A DNA stretch of 64,000 bases from an uncultured Pseudobdellovibrionaceae bacterium. GTDB taxonomy: Bacteria; Bdellovibrionota; Bdellovibrionia; Bdellovibrionales; JAGQZY01. Location: the NCBI GenBank assembly GCA_964588335.1, contig CAZPOV010000001.1, forward strand, positions 322,288-386,287, given 5' to 3'. Both the position numbers and the translations under genes were made by a program. Under the pieces are notes generated by a model. It was not told the DNA's origin. It did no database searches and worked only from the letters and a program-made list of their open reading frames with translations. Numbering within the stretch: position 1 is the first letter of the stretch; each line of letters opens with the position of its first letter. This document shows positions 55,545 through 64,000 of the stretch, piece by piece.

Positions 55545-57045
55545 CTTCTTTGTATACTTTCGTTAAAGATCCGAAATCACCATTGATCGGCAATTCATAG
55601 TTTTTAACACGACGATGGACAATGGCGACTTGTTTTTCGTACCACAGAGGAATGGTGGGAAGTTCATCAAAAACAATTTCTTGAGCCTCCCGATACAGTG
55701 ACTTTCGCTTTTCCACATCAGGCTCGCGGAAGGCTTTGTCAACAATGGCATCAAACTTAGGGTTATTGTAATAGCCTCGATTTCTGCCTGGGGGAGTCAT
55801 TTTAGAATGCAATGATATTCTGTATATATCAGGGTCGTTAATTCCCACCCACTTCATGATTGCGATATCAAATTTGCCGGTGCGAATATCTTCGTAATAA
55901 GTGCCCCATTCGTAAGTTTGCTGTTCCACAGGCAGTCCCATGGATTTCAGCTGATGGGTGATCACCCGTCCCTTGGCAACTGCTTCTTGAGTGTTTGATG
56001 TTTTTAAAATAATTGTTTCGCCTTTAAATTGAGAGAAGATACGTTTGATCTCTTTTTTGGAAAGAGGATTGTATTTTAGGTCAGGATGGTGAAAAGGATT
56101 AATTTTTGTGACGATGGATGTTGCTTCATCGGCAAAGCCCTCCAACGTGTATTGAATTAGATCTTTGCGATCAATGGACGAGCTTATGGCTTGTCTCACT
56201 TCTTTTTTTGATAATAAAGGGTGGCGGAGATTCAAGAGAACATAATTTGTTGATAAGCCCGGTGCGACAACAACATTGAAATCCTTTTCTTTCTCGAAGA
56301 ATCGAATTTTTGAGAACGGTACATCAGACTGAATAATATCGATTTTCCCTTTGTACATCTTCTGGAACCGGGTGTTCGAATCTTTTATAATTTTAAATTG
56401 AATATTCTTGGTTTTGGCGGTTTCACCGACGAAATGATTGAAGCGGGTTAAATAAACGTTTTTTATGTCTTTCTTAATAAACTTAAAGGGGCCTGTGCCA
56501 ATAGGCTTGGCGTAAAAGTCGTCTCCGGCTTTTTCAACGATCTGCTTCGGTAAAAGTTTTAAAGTCGGTAAGTCTTGTATAAAAGGAGCCGAAAAGCTTT
56601 CTAGATGGAGTTTTAGGATGCCCCCCGTTTCTGGGTTGTAAGTCACCTGGACGTCTTTAATAATTGAAAATTGCGGAGCAAACGGAGAACGCCCTTTACG
56701 ATATTCATTGACCGAAAATAAAAAGTCCTCAGCCGTTGCAAAGTCTCCGTTATGAAACTGGATTCCTGGCTTTAATTTGAACTCATAAAGTCCATCTTTG
56801 TAGGTCCATGATTCAGCGAGAACACCTTCAAACTCTAGTTTTGAGTTCAATTGTATTAGAGATGAAAAGATGAGACGACCAATACGTTGACCGCTGGCAT
56901 CAGTGGCATATCGGGGGTCTAGGGTTTTCGGTTCACTGCTCAGAGCAAACACAATCGTGTCGGTGGCCGGGGGCTCACTCCAGTAGCAGCCAATCAGAAA
57001 AACCGGAAGTATAAAATAAAGAATTCTAGAGCTTAGGCCTAACAT
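55528..57045 (-). CDS. Family-5 (OppA/DppA-like) solute-binding lipoprotein, no cognate permease or ATPase nearby
   Basis: Lipobox FLIGC in MLGLSSRILYFILPVFLIGC. ALSSEPKTLDPRYATDASGQRIGRLIFSSL, GTGPFKF, IAIMKWVG. Typical SBP_bac_5 layout. Confidence 0.85.
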   Translation of the reverse strand: MLGLSSRILYFILPVFLIGCYWSEPPATDTIVFALSSEPKTLDPRYATDASGQRIGRLIFSSLIQLNSKLEFEGVLAESWTYKDGLYEFKLKPGIQFHNGDFATAEDFLFSVNEYRKGRSPFAPQFSIIKDVQVTYNPETGGILKLHLESFSAPFIQDLPTLKLLPKQIVEKAGDDFYAKPIGTGPFKFIKKDIKNVYLTRFNHFVGETAKTKNIQFKIIKDSNTRFQKMYKGKIDIIQSDVPFSKIRFFEKEKDFNVVVAPGLSTNYVLLNLRHPLLSKKEVRQAISSSIDRKDLIQYTLEGFADEATSIVTKINPFHHPDLKYNPLSKKEIKRIFSQFKGETIILKTSNTQEAVAKGRVITHQLKSMGLPVEQQTYEWGTYYEDIRTGKFDIAIMKWVGINDPDIYRISLHSKMTPPGRNRGYYNNPKFDAIVDKAFREPDVEKRKSLYREAQEIVFDELPTIPLWYEKQVAIVHRRVKNYELPINGDFGSLTKVYKEDDRKQ

Positions 57046-57135
57046 CGAGGCTTAATAGTACCGTTAGCATTGACCTCTGTCTAAAGAATTTTACAATGAT
57101 AGGACGAGTTCAATTCTCTTACCCTCGAGGAGTCT

Positions 57136-58545
57136 ATGCTTATCCTGAATCTGGTTTTTAGTTTAGCTTTTGCAATATCCAATGCTGAGTTTACCTGGCC
57201 GACATCTGCTGAAGTGATCATTAAAAAAGAGATCCGATCTGTTGATGCTGAACCGCAAAATTTTGGTATTTGGGTGAAACGAGGAAATGATGTCGCTGAG
57301 CTCAACAGTGATAAACAATTTGTTCCCGCATCGTTATCGAAGATACCAACAGCACTGACATTTTTGAATGAAGTCAGTATGGATCATCGATTCAAAACCT
57401 GGGTTTACCATACTGGTGAAATCAAAGGGGGTGTTTTGCATGGAGACTTATACTTGAAAGGCGGAGGCGACCCTACTTTTGTCACCGAATCAATGTGGCT
57501 TCTTGTCAATAAACTGAATCGAGACAACATCAGTAAAATCGATGGGCAACTGTTTGTCGATGAAAGTTACTTTGATACCGACTACTACTCTGAAGGGCGT
57601 CAAAAACGAAGGGTGGATCGGGCTTATGACGCTCCAGTGAGCGCCTTGTCATACAATTGGAATTCAATTTCAATTTACGTTCGACCCGGCGACAAGACAG
57701 GCGATGCCGCTAGAGTCTACACTCAGCCGGATTTGCCAATTATAGAAATTGTTAACAAAGCAAAAACCAAGGGCAGTGGTAAAACCTCTTTGCAAGTCAA
57801 AAGACTTTTGAAGGGTGATAAGATTATTATTGATGTGAGAGGGGCGATCCCAAAAAGCAAAGATGAAAAGGCGTTTTATAAAAGTATTGGCGATGCGGCC
57901 CTGTGGACAGGTGTTACTTTCAAAAAAATGTTGAATCAAGCAGGAATCGTCTATTCCGGTTCGGTTAAAAAAGCACAGACGCCGGCATCTGCAAAGCAGC
58001 TGATTGAGCATGAAAGTTGGAGCGTCCCACGCATTATGGCGGCTCTCTCAAAGTTTTCAAATAATTTTGTAGCAGAAATGATGACAAAACATTTGGGAGT
58101 CAAACCTGGCTCTCCTGGAAATATTGATGACGGTCTTTCTAAAATTGTCGCATTTTTAAAATCTAAAAAATGGCCAGAATCACATTTTACATTTGAAAAT
58201 CCATCGGGTTTCACCAGACGTAACAAAATGCGTGCGGACCTTTTAGGTCAACTTTTGGAAGAGGCAAGAAAAGATTTTGACTCGGCACCAGAGTTTATGG
58301 CCTCGTTGCCAATTAGTGGAACCGATGGAACATTAAAGTCACGCATGAAGCAGACCATGCGCGGAAAGGTGCGTGCGAAAACTGGCTACCTTAGCGGTGT
58401 GGTCGGGCTTGCTGGGTTTATGGAGACGCGTTCGGGAGGAGAGCCCATCACCTTTGTCTTTATGTACAATGGTCCCTATAAAAAAGATTGGGAAGTTCGA
58501 GCCATGTTCAATCGTCTGTTGTGGCGCCTTTACCAGAAATCTTAA
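57136..58545 (+). CDS. dacB: D-alanyl-D-alanine carboxypeptidase/endopeptidase (PBP4, peptidase S13)
   Basis: SxxK in PASLSKIPT, SxN in KFSNNFVAEM, KTG in RAKTGYLSG. Signal peptide. Confidence 0.85.
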   Translation: MLILNLVFSLAFAISNAEFTWPTSAEVIIKKEIRSVDAEPQNFGIWVKRGNDVAELNSDKQFVPASLSKIPTALTFLNEVSMDHRFKTWVYHTGEIKGGVLHGDLYLKGGGDPTFVTESMWLLVNKLNRDNISKIDGQLFVDESYFDTDYYSEGRQKRRVDRAYDAPVSALSYNWNSISIYVRPGDKTGDAARVYTQPDLPIIEIVNKAKTKGSGKTSLQVKRLLKGDKIIIDVRGAIPKSKDEKAFYKSIGDAALWTGVTFKKMLNQAGIVYSGSVKKAQTPASAKQLIEHESWSVPRIMAALSKFSNNFVAEMMTKHLGVKPGSPGNIDDGLSKIVAFLKSKKWPESHFTFENPSGFTRRNKMRADLLGQLLEEARKDFDSAPEFMASLPISGTDGTLKSRMKQTMRGKVRAKTGYLSGVVGLAGFMETRSGGEPITFVFMYNGPYKKDWEVRAMFNRLLWRLYQKS

Positions 58546-58640
58546 AGTTGTCTTTCAGTTTTTGGTCAAGGAATCTTAACCAGATCTCATTTGGACCGAC
58601 GATGAAGTCTTTGATTTCATAAATTTCAATCGGGGGAGAT

Positions 58641-60029
58641 ATGGCTGTTAAAAGACGAGTTTTTGTTAAATGGGGATTTTTATCATCAATCATCATACCT
58701 TGGGCTCGGACATTACCAGCCAAGTCACAAACACCGAGAGCCAACGCAGGTTCGCCAACAGCAGTGACCTTGTCGATTTTGCAAGGGGCGACCGATGAAA
58801 CCAGCACGCAATTTTCAGTCTTACATGATAAAAACAGACCCCTGTCTTTTTTCGTAAAAGACTCTGAGAATCAAACTATTTTTCCGTCGATGGTGGAAAC
58901 CATTGAAAAAACCAATCATCCTCTCTGTTTGTCAAAGCCCGTTTTCACAGGTCTGTCACTGAATAGAGACTATCAGTTGCTCGTCATAGACGCTGATCAA
59001 ACTCTGTTACAAGAACGCATATTTCGAACATTGGATCTGGAAAATCAAAAACTCAAATTTGCCGTGGCTTCATGTATGGACGACGAGCAACACCAGCCCG
59101 AAATCTGGCAAGATATGATACAGCAAAAGCCTGATTTTATTTTATTTGTTGGAGATAGTGTTTATGCGGATCGCAACCGCGGAGAAGAAGACCGAGCCGC
59201 CGCCGATCCTGAGCAATTATGGAGACGCTTTTGTCAAGCCAGACAGACCTTGGAGATATATAACTCTAAAAGATTGATCCCCATCTTGGCGACCTGGGAC
59301 GATCATGATTTTGGCGCAAATGACACAGGAGACTCTTATCCCTTCATACAGGAGTCGCAGAAAAACTTCCTCGATTTTTTTGCTCAGGACGAAAGATACT
59401 GCCGAGGTCTAGTTCGAGGTCCCGGCGTGAGTTCGGCTTTCCTGGCTGGAGACCAACTTTTTATCTTGCTCGACAATCGGTCTTACCGGCGAAAAGGAGC
59501 GTCGAGCGATGACAATGGTCATTGGGGAAGTGAGCAGATGCAATGGATCTTTGATCTTTTAACTTCTCACCAAGGATTTGTCTGGTTTTGTAATGGCTCG
59601 CAAGTTTTTCCCAAGATGCTCTTCAAAGAATCTGTTTCAAAAGAACACCCGGCCAATCTACAGAAGCTTGTTGAATTTATTAAAAATCGAAAGAATCTTG
59701 TCGCCTTCATTTCTGGAGATGTCCATTTTAGCGAACTGTCACAACTTGAGAGTAGTGAATTAGGATATCGGTCTTACGAAATCACTTCGAGTTCTATCCA
59801 TTCATTAAGTTTTCCTGGGGTTCCGGATATTATTCCAAACAAAAGCCGAATAGCCGCCACTGGAAAAAGGAATTACCTGCTGGTAGAATCATTGTTTTAT
59901 GGTCAAGGACTGGAGTTTCAAGTTAGCAGTCGATCTGAAAACAACCGTATTAATTTTAATAAAAACTTACAGATAGCATGGTCAGTCTCGTCCTGCGTGC
60001 ATCTGTTAAAAACAGAATCGAATTGTTAA
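58641..60029 (+). CDS. phoD: PhoD-like phosphatase (metallophosphoesterase) with Tat-like signal
   Basis: KRRVFVKWGFL twin-Arg region. VGDSVYAD, WDDHDFGAND, SGDVHFSE. Confidence 0.75.
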   Translation: MAVKRRVFVKWGFLSSIIIPWARTLPAKSQTPRANAGSPTAVTLSILQGATDETSTQFSVLHDKNRPLSFFVKDSENQTIFPSMVETIEKTNHPLCLSKPVFTGLSLNRDYQLLVIDADQTLLQERIFRTLDLENQKLKFAVASCMDDEQHQPEIWQDMIQQKPDFILFVGDSVYADRNRGEEDRAAADPEQLWRRFCQARQTLEIYNSKRLIPILATWDDHDFGANDTGDSYPFIQESQKNFLDFFAQDERYCRGLVRGPGVSSAFLAGDQLFILLDNRSYRRKGASSDDNGHWGSEQMQWIFDLLTSHQGFVWFCNGSQVFPKMLFKESVSKEHPANLQKLVEFIKNRKNLVAFISGDVHFSELSQLESSELGYRSYEITSSSIHSLSFPGVPDIIPNKSRIAATGKRNYLLVESLFYGQGLEFQVSSRSENNRINFNKNLQIAWSVSSCVHLLKTESNC

Positions 60030-60105
60030 AGAAAATTCACATTCAATTGAATAAATAGTTAGGTATGATCAAGCCCTTTTCACTATAGTTATAGAGCACT
60101 AAGAT

Positions 60106-60465
60106 TTGGCACACCCCCGAGGAGGGATCTTGAGTTTAAGTCGAAAAATCATTTTAGTCGTTATGGTAATGGGCTTGATGTACTATATCGATCCCAGTCG
60201 AGCCGACGATAGATTGAAATCTTTTAAACCAGAGACGGTCGAACGACCCATCAAACCCGAACCCGAAGCTTTACAATGGGGGCAAGAGCTGGAAGCCTCT
60301 GACAATCTATGCAACGTCGATAGTATGATTGAAAATGGTCAACGCAATGATCTTTGCGAATCGTCAGATTTGGAAAGTTCTCCAGTCAAAAAGAAATTGC
60401 CCAGCCAAGAGGCTCGCCTCAATCGGGAAGATGATCCCCAACATTTTAAAATTAAGAAAAGATAG
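60106..60465 (+). CDS. Small secreted or membrane-anchored hypothetical protein
   Basis: Hydrophobic N-terminus SRKIILVVMVMGLMYY. Non-ATG start. An internal TTG at 60130 after GAGGAGGG is an alternative. Confidence 0.45.
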   Translation: MAHPRGGILSLSRKIILVVMVMGLMYYIDPSRADDRLKSFKPETVERPIKPEPEALQWGQELEASDNLCNVDSMIENGQRNDLCESSDLESSPVKKKLPSQEARLNREDDPQHFKIKKR

Positions 60466-60473
60466 AGGAGTTT

Positions 60474-61070
60474 TTGAATATGTCGGAATCAGGTTTGAAA
60501 AAGCCTCTGTCTTATGGTCAGTTTCTTCGTGGTGTTCTACGAGATCCGAAAGGTTTCAGCACTATTTTTCCCACCGGGGAGGAAGTCACTTCAACACTCA
60601 GTGAATTAGGGCGAGTGCCACAGAGTAATTCCATTCTAGAACTGGGTGTCGGATCGGGTGCTATTACGACGCGATTGATTCATGAAAAGAGACCAGAGGC
60701 AAGATTTGTGGGCCTTGAGAAGAATATTGAATTGGCAAATAAACTCAATAAGAAATGGAACGGAGTCGAAATTAAATGCGGCGATGCCAGCAATCTGTCG
60801 GCAAGTGTTGGTGATGAAAGTTTCGATACAATAATCGCCTCTCTCCCGTGGACACAGTTTACTGATCAGGAACTGCGGACGATCTTTAATGAATCTACAA
60901 AACATCTGAATAGCGGCGGAGTCTTGGTATTTTTTATTTGCCTGCATGTTCTGTATTTGCCTCCGGGCCAAAATGTGATGCGTCTTTTCGAGGAAACATC
61001 ACTAGACATCATTAATAAAAAGTTTGTCTTTAGTAATCTTCCACCTGTCTGTATTTTTCAAGCTGGTTAA
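60474..61070 (+). CDS. Class I SAM-dependent methyltransferase
   Basis: Motif I ILELGVGSGAIT. Acidic loop VGLEKN. Motif IV-like IIASLPW. Confidence 0.75.
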   Translation: MNMSESGLKKPLSYGQFLRGVLRDPKGFSTIFPTGEEVTSTLSELGRVPQSNSILELGVGSGAITTRLIHEKRPEARFVGLEKNIELANKLNKKWNGVEIKCGDASNLSASVGDESFDTIIASLPWTQFTDQELRTIFNESTKHLNSGGVLVFFICLHVLYLPPGQNVMRLFEETSLDIINKKFVFSNLPPVCIFQAG

Positions 61071-61106
61071 TTTCGTTAAACAGAAACAACAACAAAGGTT
61101 GGTATC

Positions 61107-62474
61107 GTGTTGATTTCAAAAAATCCTTACACCCAAAAAGAATTCAAAAAATATCAGTCCCTGCAAAGTTCAGAGGTCGAAACCCGAATCACCAAAGCCC
61201 ATGCCACTTTTGGCTCTTGGAGCAAGACCTCCTTCTCAGAGAGGCGGCAGAAGTTCACAGCACTTTCAGAAGTTTTAGGTGATAACAAAGAAGATTTGGC
61301 AAAAATAGCAACCCAGGAAATGGGCAAGCCGTTCAGTCAGGCTGAGTCCGAGGTTGAAAAGTGCCAGTGGGTTTGTCGTTACTACGCTGACAATGCTGAA
61401 TCTTTCTTGCGGCCAGAGTCTATGAATTCAGACTATCAGACTTCGGAAATTCATTTTTCACCTTTAGGCTGTTTATTGGCGATCATGCCTTGGAACTATC
61501 CTTACTGGCAGGTGTTTCGGTTTGCCGCACCTTCAATTATGGCCGGAAATGTGGGGCTTTTGAAACATGCTAGCAACGTCATGGGTTGCGCCCAGGCCAT
61601 TGAAGACTGTTTTGCAAAATCCGGATTTCCCAAAGGGGTTTTCACCAATCTAGAAATTTCCAGTGACGAGGTTGAAAATGTCATACGCAACCCTCATGTT
61701 CGAGGCATTTCTCTCACCGGAAGTTTAAAGGCAGGACAAAAAGTCGCTGAGATGGCAGGGTCTGTCGTTAAGCCACTGGTTTTAGAGCTTGGAGGCAGTG
61801 ATGCCTATATCATTCGAGAGGACGCTGACCTTGAGAAGGCCGTAGAGAAATGCACTCAGACCCGTCTTCAAAATACCGGACAAAGTTGTATTGCTGGGAA
61901 GCGCTTTATTGTTCAAAAGAATATTAGAGAAAAATTCGAACAGATGTTGAAAGAGTCCTTTGAAAGTAAAAAATGGGGTGATCCCATGGATCCTGAATCA
62001 GACCTTGGCCCGATGGCGAGAGACGATCTACGCGATGAGCTTCATGAGCAAGTGAGAGACTCCGTTGAGCAAGGAGCCAAGTTACTGCTTGGTGGAGAGA
62101 TCCCTGATGAGGTGGGCAGTTTTTATCCGCCTTCAATATTGACCAATGTGCGCCCTGGGATGCGAGCCTTTGAAGAAGAGTTGTTCGGACCCGTGGCTGC
62201 GATCATCGAGTACTCTGATGATGATGAGGCCATCGATTTGGCCAACAGTTCGCAGTATGGGTTAGGCGGGGGGATTTTCTCCAAAGACCTCGAAGTTGCT
62301 AAAGCAATGGCCTCACAGCGTCTTGATACAGGTGCAATTTTTATCAATGACTTTGTAAAGTCTGACCCACGCTTACCTTTTGGTGGAGTCAAAGACAGTG
62401 GTTACGGTCGCGAGCTTTCGCCTTTAGGCATTAAAGAATTTGTGAATATCAAAACAATTTGTGTTAGCGAGTGA
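61107..62474 (+). CDS. NAD(P)-dependent aldehyde dehydrogenase (succinate-semialdehyde dehydrogenase-like)
   Basis: FNLGQACVA-type catalytic Cys context TGQSCIAGKRF, LELGGSDA, EELFGPV, PFGGVKDSGYGRE. GTG start. Confidence 0.9.
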   Translation: MLISKNPYTQKEFKKYQSLQSSEVETRITKAHATFGSWSKTSFSERRQKFTALSEVLGDNKEDLAKIATQEMGKPFSQAESEVEKCQWVCRYYADNAESFLRPESMNSDYQTSEIHFSPLGCLLAIMPWNYPYWQVFRFAAPSIMAGNVGLLKHASNVMGCAQAIEDCFAKSGFPKGVFTNLEISSDEVENVIRNPHVRGISLTGSLKAGQKVAEMAGSVVKPLVLELGGSDAYIIREDADLEKAVEKCTQTRLQNTGQSCIAGKRFIVQKNIREKFEQMLKESFESKKWGDPMDPESDLGPMARDDLRDELHEQVRDSVEQGAKLLLGGEIPDEVGSFYPPSILTNVRPGMRAFEEELFGPVAAIIEYSDDDEAIDLANSSQYGLGGGIFSKDLEVAKAMASQRLDTGAIFINDFVKSDPRLPFGGVKDSGYGRELSPLGIKEFVNIKTICVSE

Positions 62475-62642
62475 CGAAGGTCGAAACCACTTGAATATTG
62501 TTGACTGTGCTCGATAGGTTTTTCCTATACAAAACCGTTGTCATACCTATGATTCGGAGGGGCTAAGTTGTTTTCGTTGTTTAAGTGAAGTTTTGTTCAG
62601 TACAATAGACGGCAACGATTCGAAAAGAGTGAAGGGATAGTT

Positions 62643-62912
62643 TTGGAAACTCAGGTTGAAAAGCAAGAGATGAGCACGGGGGTTTCACCAGAGATTTTAA
62701 AAGAAATCCAAAGTGGACGAAAACTTGAGGTGGAGACCATTGTTCTTCGCTCCACTCAGGACATACTGGCGACTCTGTTGTCAATTGAGGCTGATTTTGT
62801 TTTAGTTCTCAATACCCTAATGCCAATTCAAACTATTGAAGAGATCATCTCGGTGCTTGAAAAGGAAAAAGAGCCGGTCGCCCTTCTCGCCTTCAGGTTC
62901 GCTGGCGGCTAA
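62643..62912 (+). CDS. Hypothetical small protein (weak call)
   Basis: 89-aa ORF with a non-ATG start, no motif and no clear RBS. Confidence 0.3.
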   Translation: METQVEKQEMSTGVSPEILKEIQSGRKLEVETIVLRSTQDILATLLSIEADFVLVLNTLMPIQTIEEIISVLEKEKEPVALLAFRFAGG

Positions 62913-62934
62913 GAAGAGGAGCCGGATTTGTCTG

Positions 62935-63477
62935 TTATTTAATTTCAGAAATGCTCTCAATTTTATCTTTTATTTGCGCCGCTTCGATGGAGTTCAAGGT
63001 CTTCGGCTTACTGTTATACATTCTGATAAAACCGACCACCTTGTAACGGTCATCGACATCGATATTGCGTCCGGTGTCGGCTGCCGCCCAAGCGTAGCCA
63101 TTGGTATAATAAGTGACTCGATAGGGGGTCATGGTATTGGCAAAAGTCGGAGTTAAATCGAAGGTGTTGCGATAATAATAAGGCTCAACCTCCACAGTTT
63201 TTTTGACCTCAAGATCGTCGAAGGTGAAATATTTAAAGCCATTTTTTTCAGTCACTTCGGCGGCACGGTACAGCATTTTGCGCTCGACTTCACTTTTCGG
63301 GGTGTACTCATTGCCCTTGAAGCTCACCTTGTAAAATCCATCGTCTAATTTTTTATCTTTGTAACCAAAGTCGTTACTCGGTTTGTTGCGCGACTGATAA
63401 GGCGTTGGGGTTTGGCAGCCGGCCGCTAAAAGCAAGACGACAACAATCGAAATCATTTTCTTCGAGTCGATAGGCAT
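62935..63477 (-). CDS. Lipoprotein, unknown function
   Basis: Start MPIDSKKMISIVVVLLLAAGCQTP with AAGGAG 8 nt upstream. Lipobox LAAGC. Confidence 0.65.
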   Translation of the reverse strand: MPIDSKKMISIVVVLLLAAGCQTPTPYQSRNKPSNDFGYKDKKLDDGFYKVSFKGNEYTPKSEVERKMLYRAAEVTEKNGFKYFTFDDLEVKKTVEVEPYYYRNTFDLTPTFANTMTPYRVTYYTNGYAWAAADTGRNIDVDDRYKVVGFIRMYNSKPKTLNSIEAAQIKDKIESISEIK

Positions 63478-63665
63478 GGTTGGCTTCTCCTTTTTATATT
63501 TTACTCTAAATAAAGGCTTTCCAGCTTTCAAATGAACCTATTGTGTAGATAATTACACAAAACTGTAAAAAGCCACGGCGGCCTGAAGCCCGGACCCAAG
63601 TGGGTCCTGGCAACAGATGGTTGTTTTGCAATTGAACGAAGAATTTGTTGGAAGAGGGCTGGAAA

Positions 63666-64000
63666 CTAAATTGGAGTTGGAATAAATTTGTATCCCGCGC
63701 CATGAATGGAATCGATCAAACTGGAAACAGGCCCCAGCTTTTTTCTGAGCTTGCTGACATGAGTGTCAACAGAGCGAGGATAGACGTGAACGTCTTTCCC
63801 CCAAATATCATCAAGAATTTTATCGCGGTAAATCACGTGATTGGCGCGTGTCGCAAAATACATCAAAAGCTTAAATTCTAAAGCGGTGAGGTCGATGGTT
63901 TGCCACTGTGAACCGTCAAAGACTTTGACCTCTTGGGTGAGGGTTTCAATCTCTAACTCTTTCCATTTCATGTGTGACATTTGATCTTTCGACAAGTCCA
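63666..64000 (-). CDS. OmpR/PhoB-family response regulator, 5'-truncated by the window edge (only the winged-helix output domain is visible)
   Basis: LTALEFKLLMYFATRANHVIYRDKILDDIWG..VYPRSVDTHVSKLRKKL...IHGAGYKF. The frame stays open to nt 64000. Confidence 0.8.
   Translation of the reverse strand, partial: DLSKDQMSHMKWKELEIETLTQEVKVFDGSQWQTIDLTALEFKLLMYFATRANHVIYRDKILDDIWGKDVHVYPRSVDTHVSKLRKKLGPVSSLIDSIHGAGYKFIPTPI

Overview
A 64-kb, gene-dense chromosomal window of roughly 45% GC by eye. I call about 66 CDS. I saw no rRNA, tRNA, tmRNA, CRISPR array, transposase, integrase or phage genes. My guess, by inference only, is a Bdellovibrio-like predatory Gram-negative bacterium. The grounds are four ~277-aa flagellin paralogues, tandem type IV pilins, many Cys-rich secreted proteins and lipoproteins, and a secreted S8 protease.

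Layout:
- 1-8.5 kb: housekeeping genes aroC, trmO, rnr and ubiB, a REC-domain protein, and a secreted subtilase.
- 8.6-18.5 kb: a surface/secretome island. It holds a Cys-rich calcium-motif lipoprotein, two tandem pilins, two flagellins, and three unknown secreted proteins, two of them large and Cys-rich.
- 18.5-19.05 kb: a 480-nt ORF-free gap containing a compact multi-helix RNA-like element and a 36-bp near-perfect inverted repeat.
- 19-22 kb: folA-thyA, divergent from a SAMHD1-type HD dNTPase.
- 22.4-27.6 kb: two more flagellins, then flaG-fliD-fliS and a small coiled-coil ORF. Near-consensus sigma-28 promoters are readable here.
- 27.8-34.6 kb: a tightly coupled unknown operon (TPR protein, 450-aa unknown, 223-aa unknown, cytoplasmic PAS histidine kinase), then a polytopic membrane protein and an orphan CheY-like receiver.
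- 34.5-39.2 kb: rsmD, an aminotransferase, and small unknown membrane proteins.
- 39.2-46 kb: a 961-aa fusion (MA-peptidase, PD40 propeller, Omp85-type barrel) divergent from pal-lipoprotein-cpoB-tsaD-rsmA-smpB.
- 46-53.7 kb: a TM-less GspF/PilC-like repeat protein, a K/E/R-rich repeat protein, a zinc-ribbon protein, rluB, dsbD, and a DnaQ exonuclease with a WYL-like tail.
- 53.7-57 kb: an operon of an orphan family-5 solute-binding lipoprotein, a REC-GGDEF protein, and a double-length LspA with a HAMP-like tail.
- 57-64 kb: dacB, phoD, a methyltransferase, an aldehyde dehydrogenase, a lipoprotein, and a truncated OmpR-type regulator.

All domain calls come from motifs read by eye in the supplied translations. 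No database search was possible. The most novel-looking items are:
- the structured element and long inverted repeat at 18.6-19.0 kb;
- the flagellum-adjacent TPR/unknown/kinase operon;
- the peptidase-propeller-Omp85 fusion beside pal;
- the SBP-DGC-LspA/HAMP operon;
- the soluble GspF-like protein.
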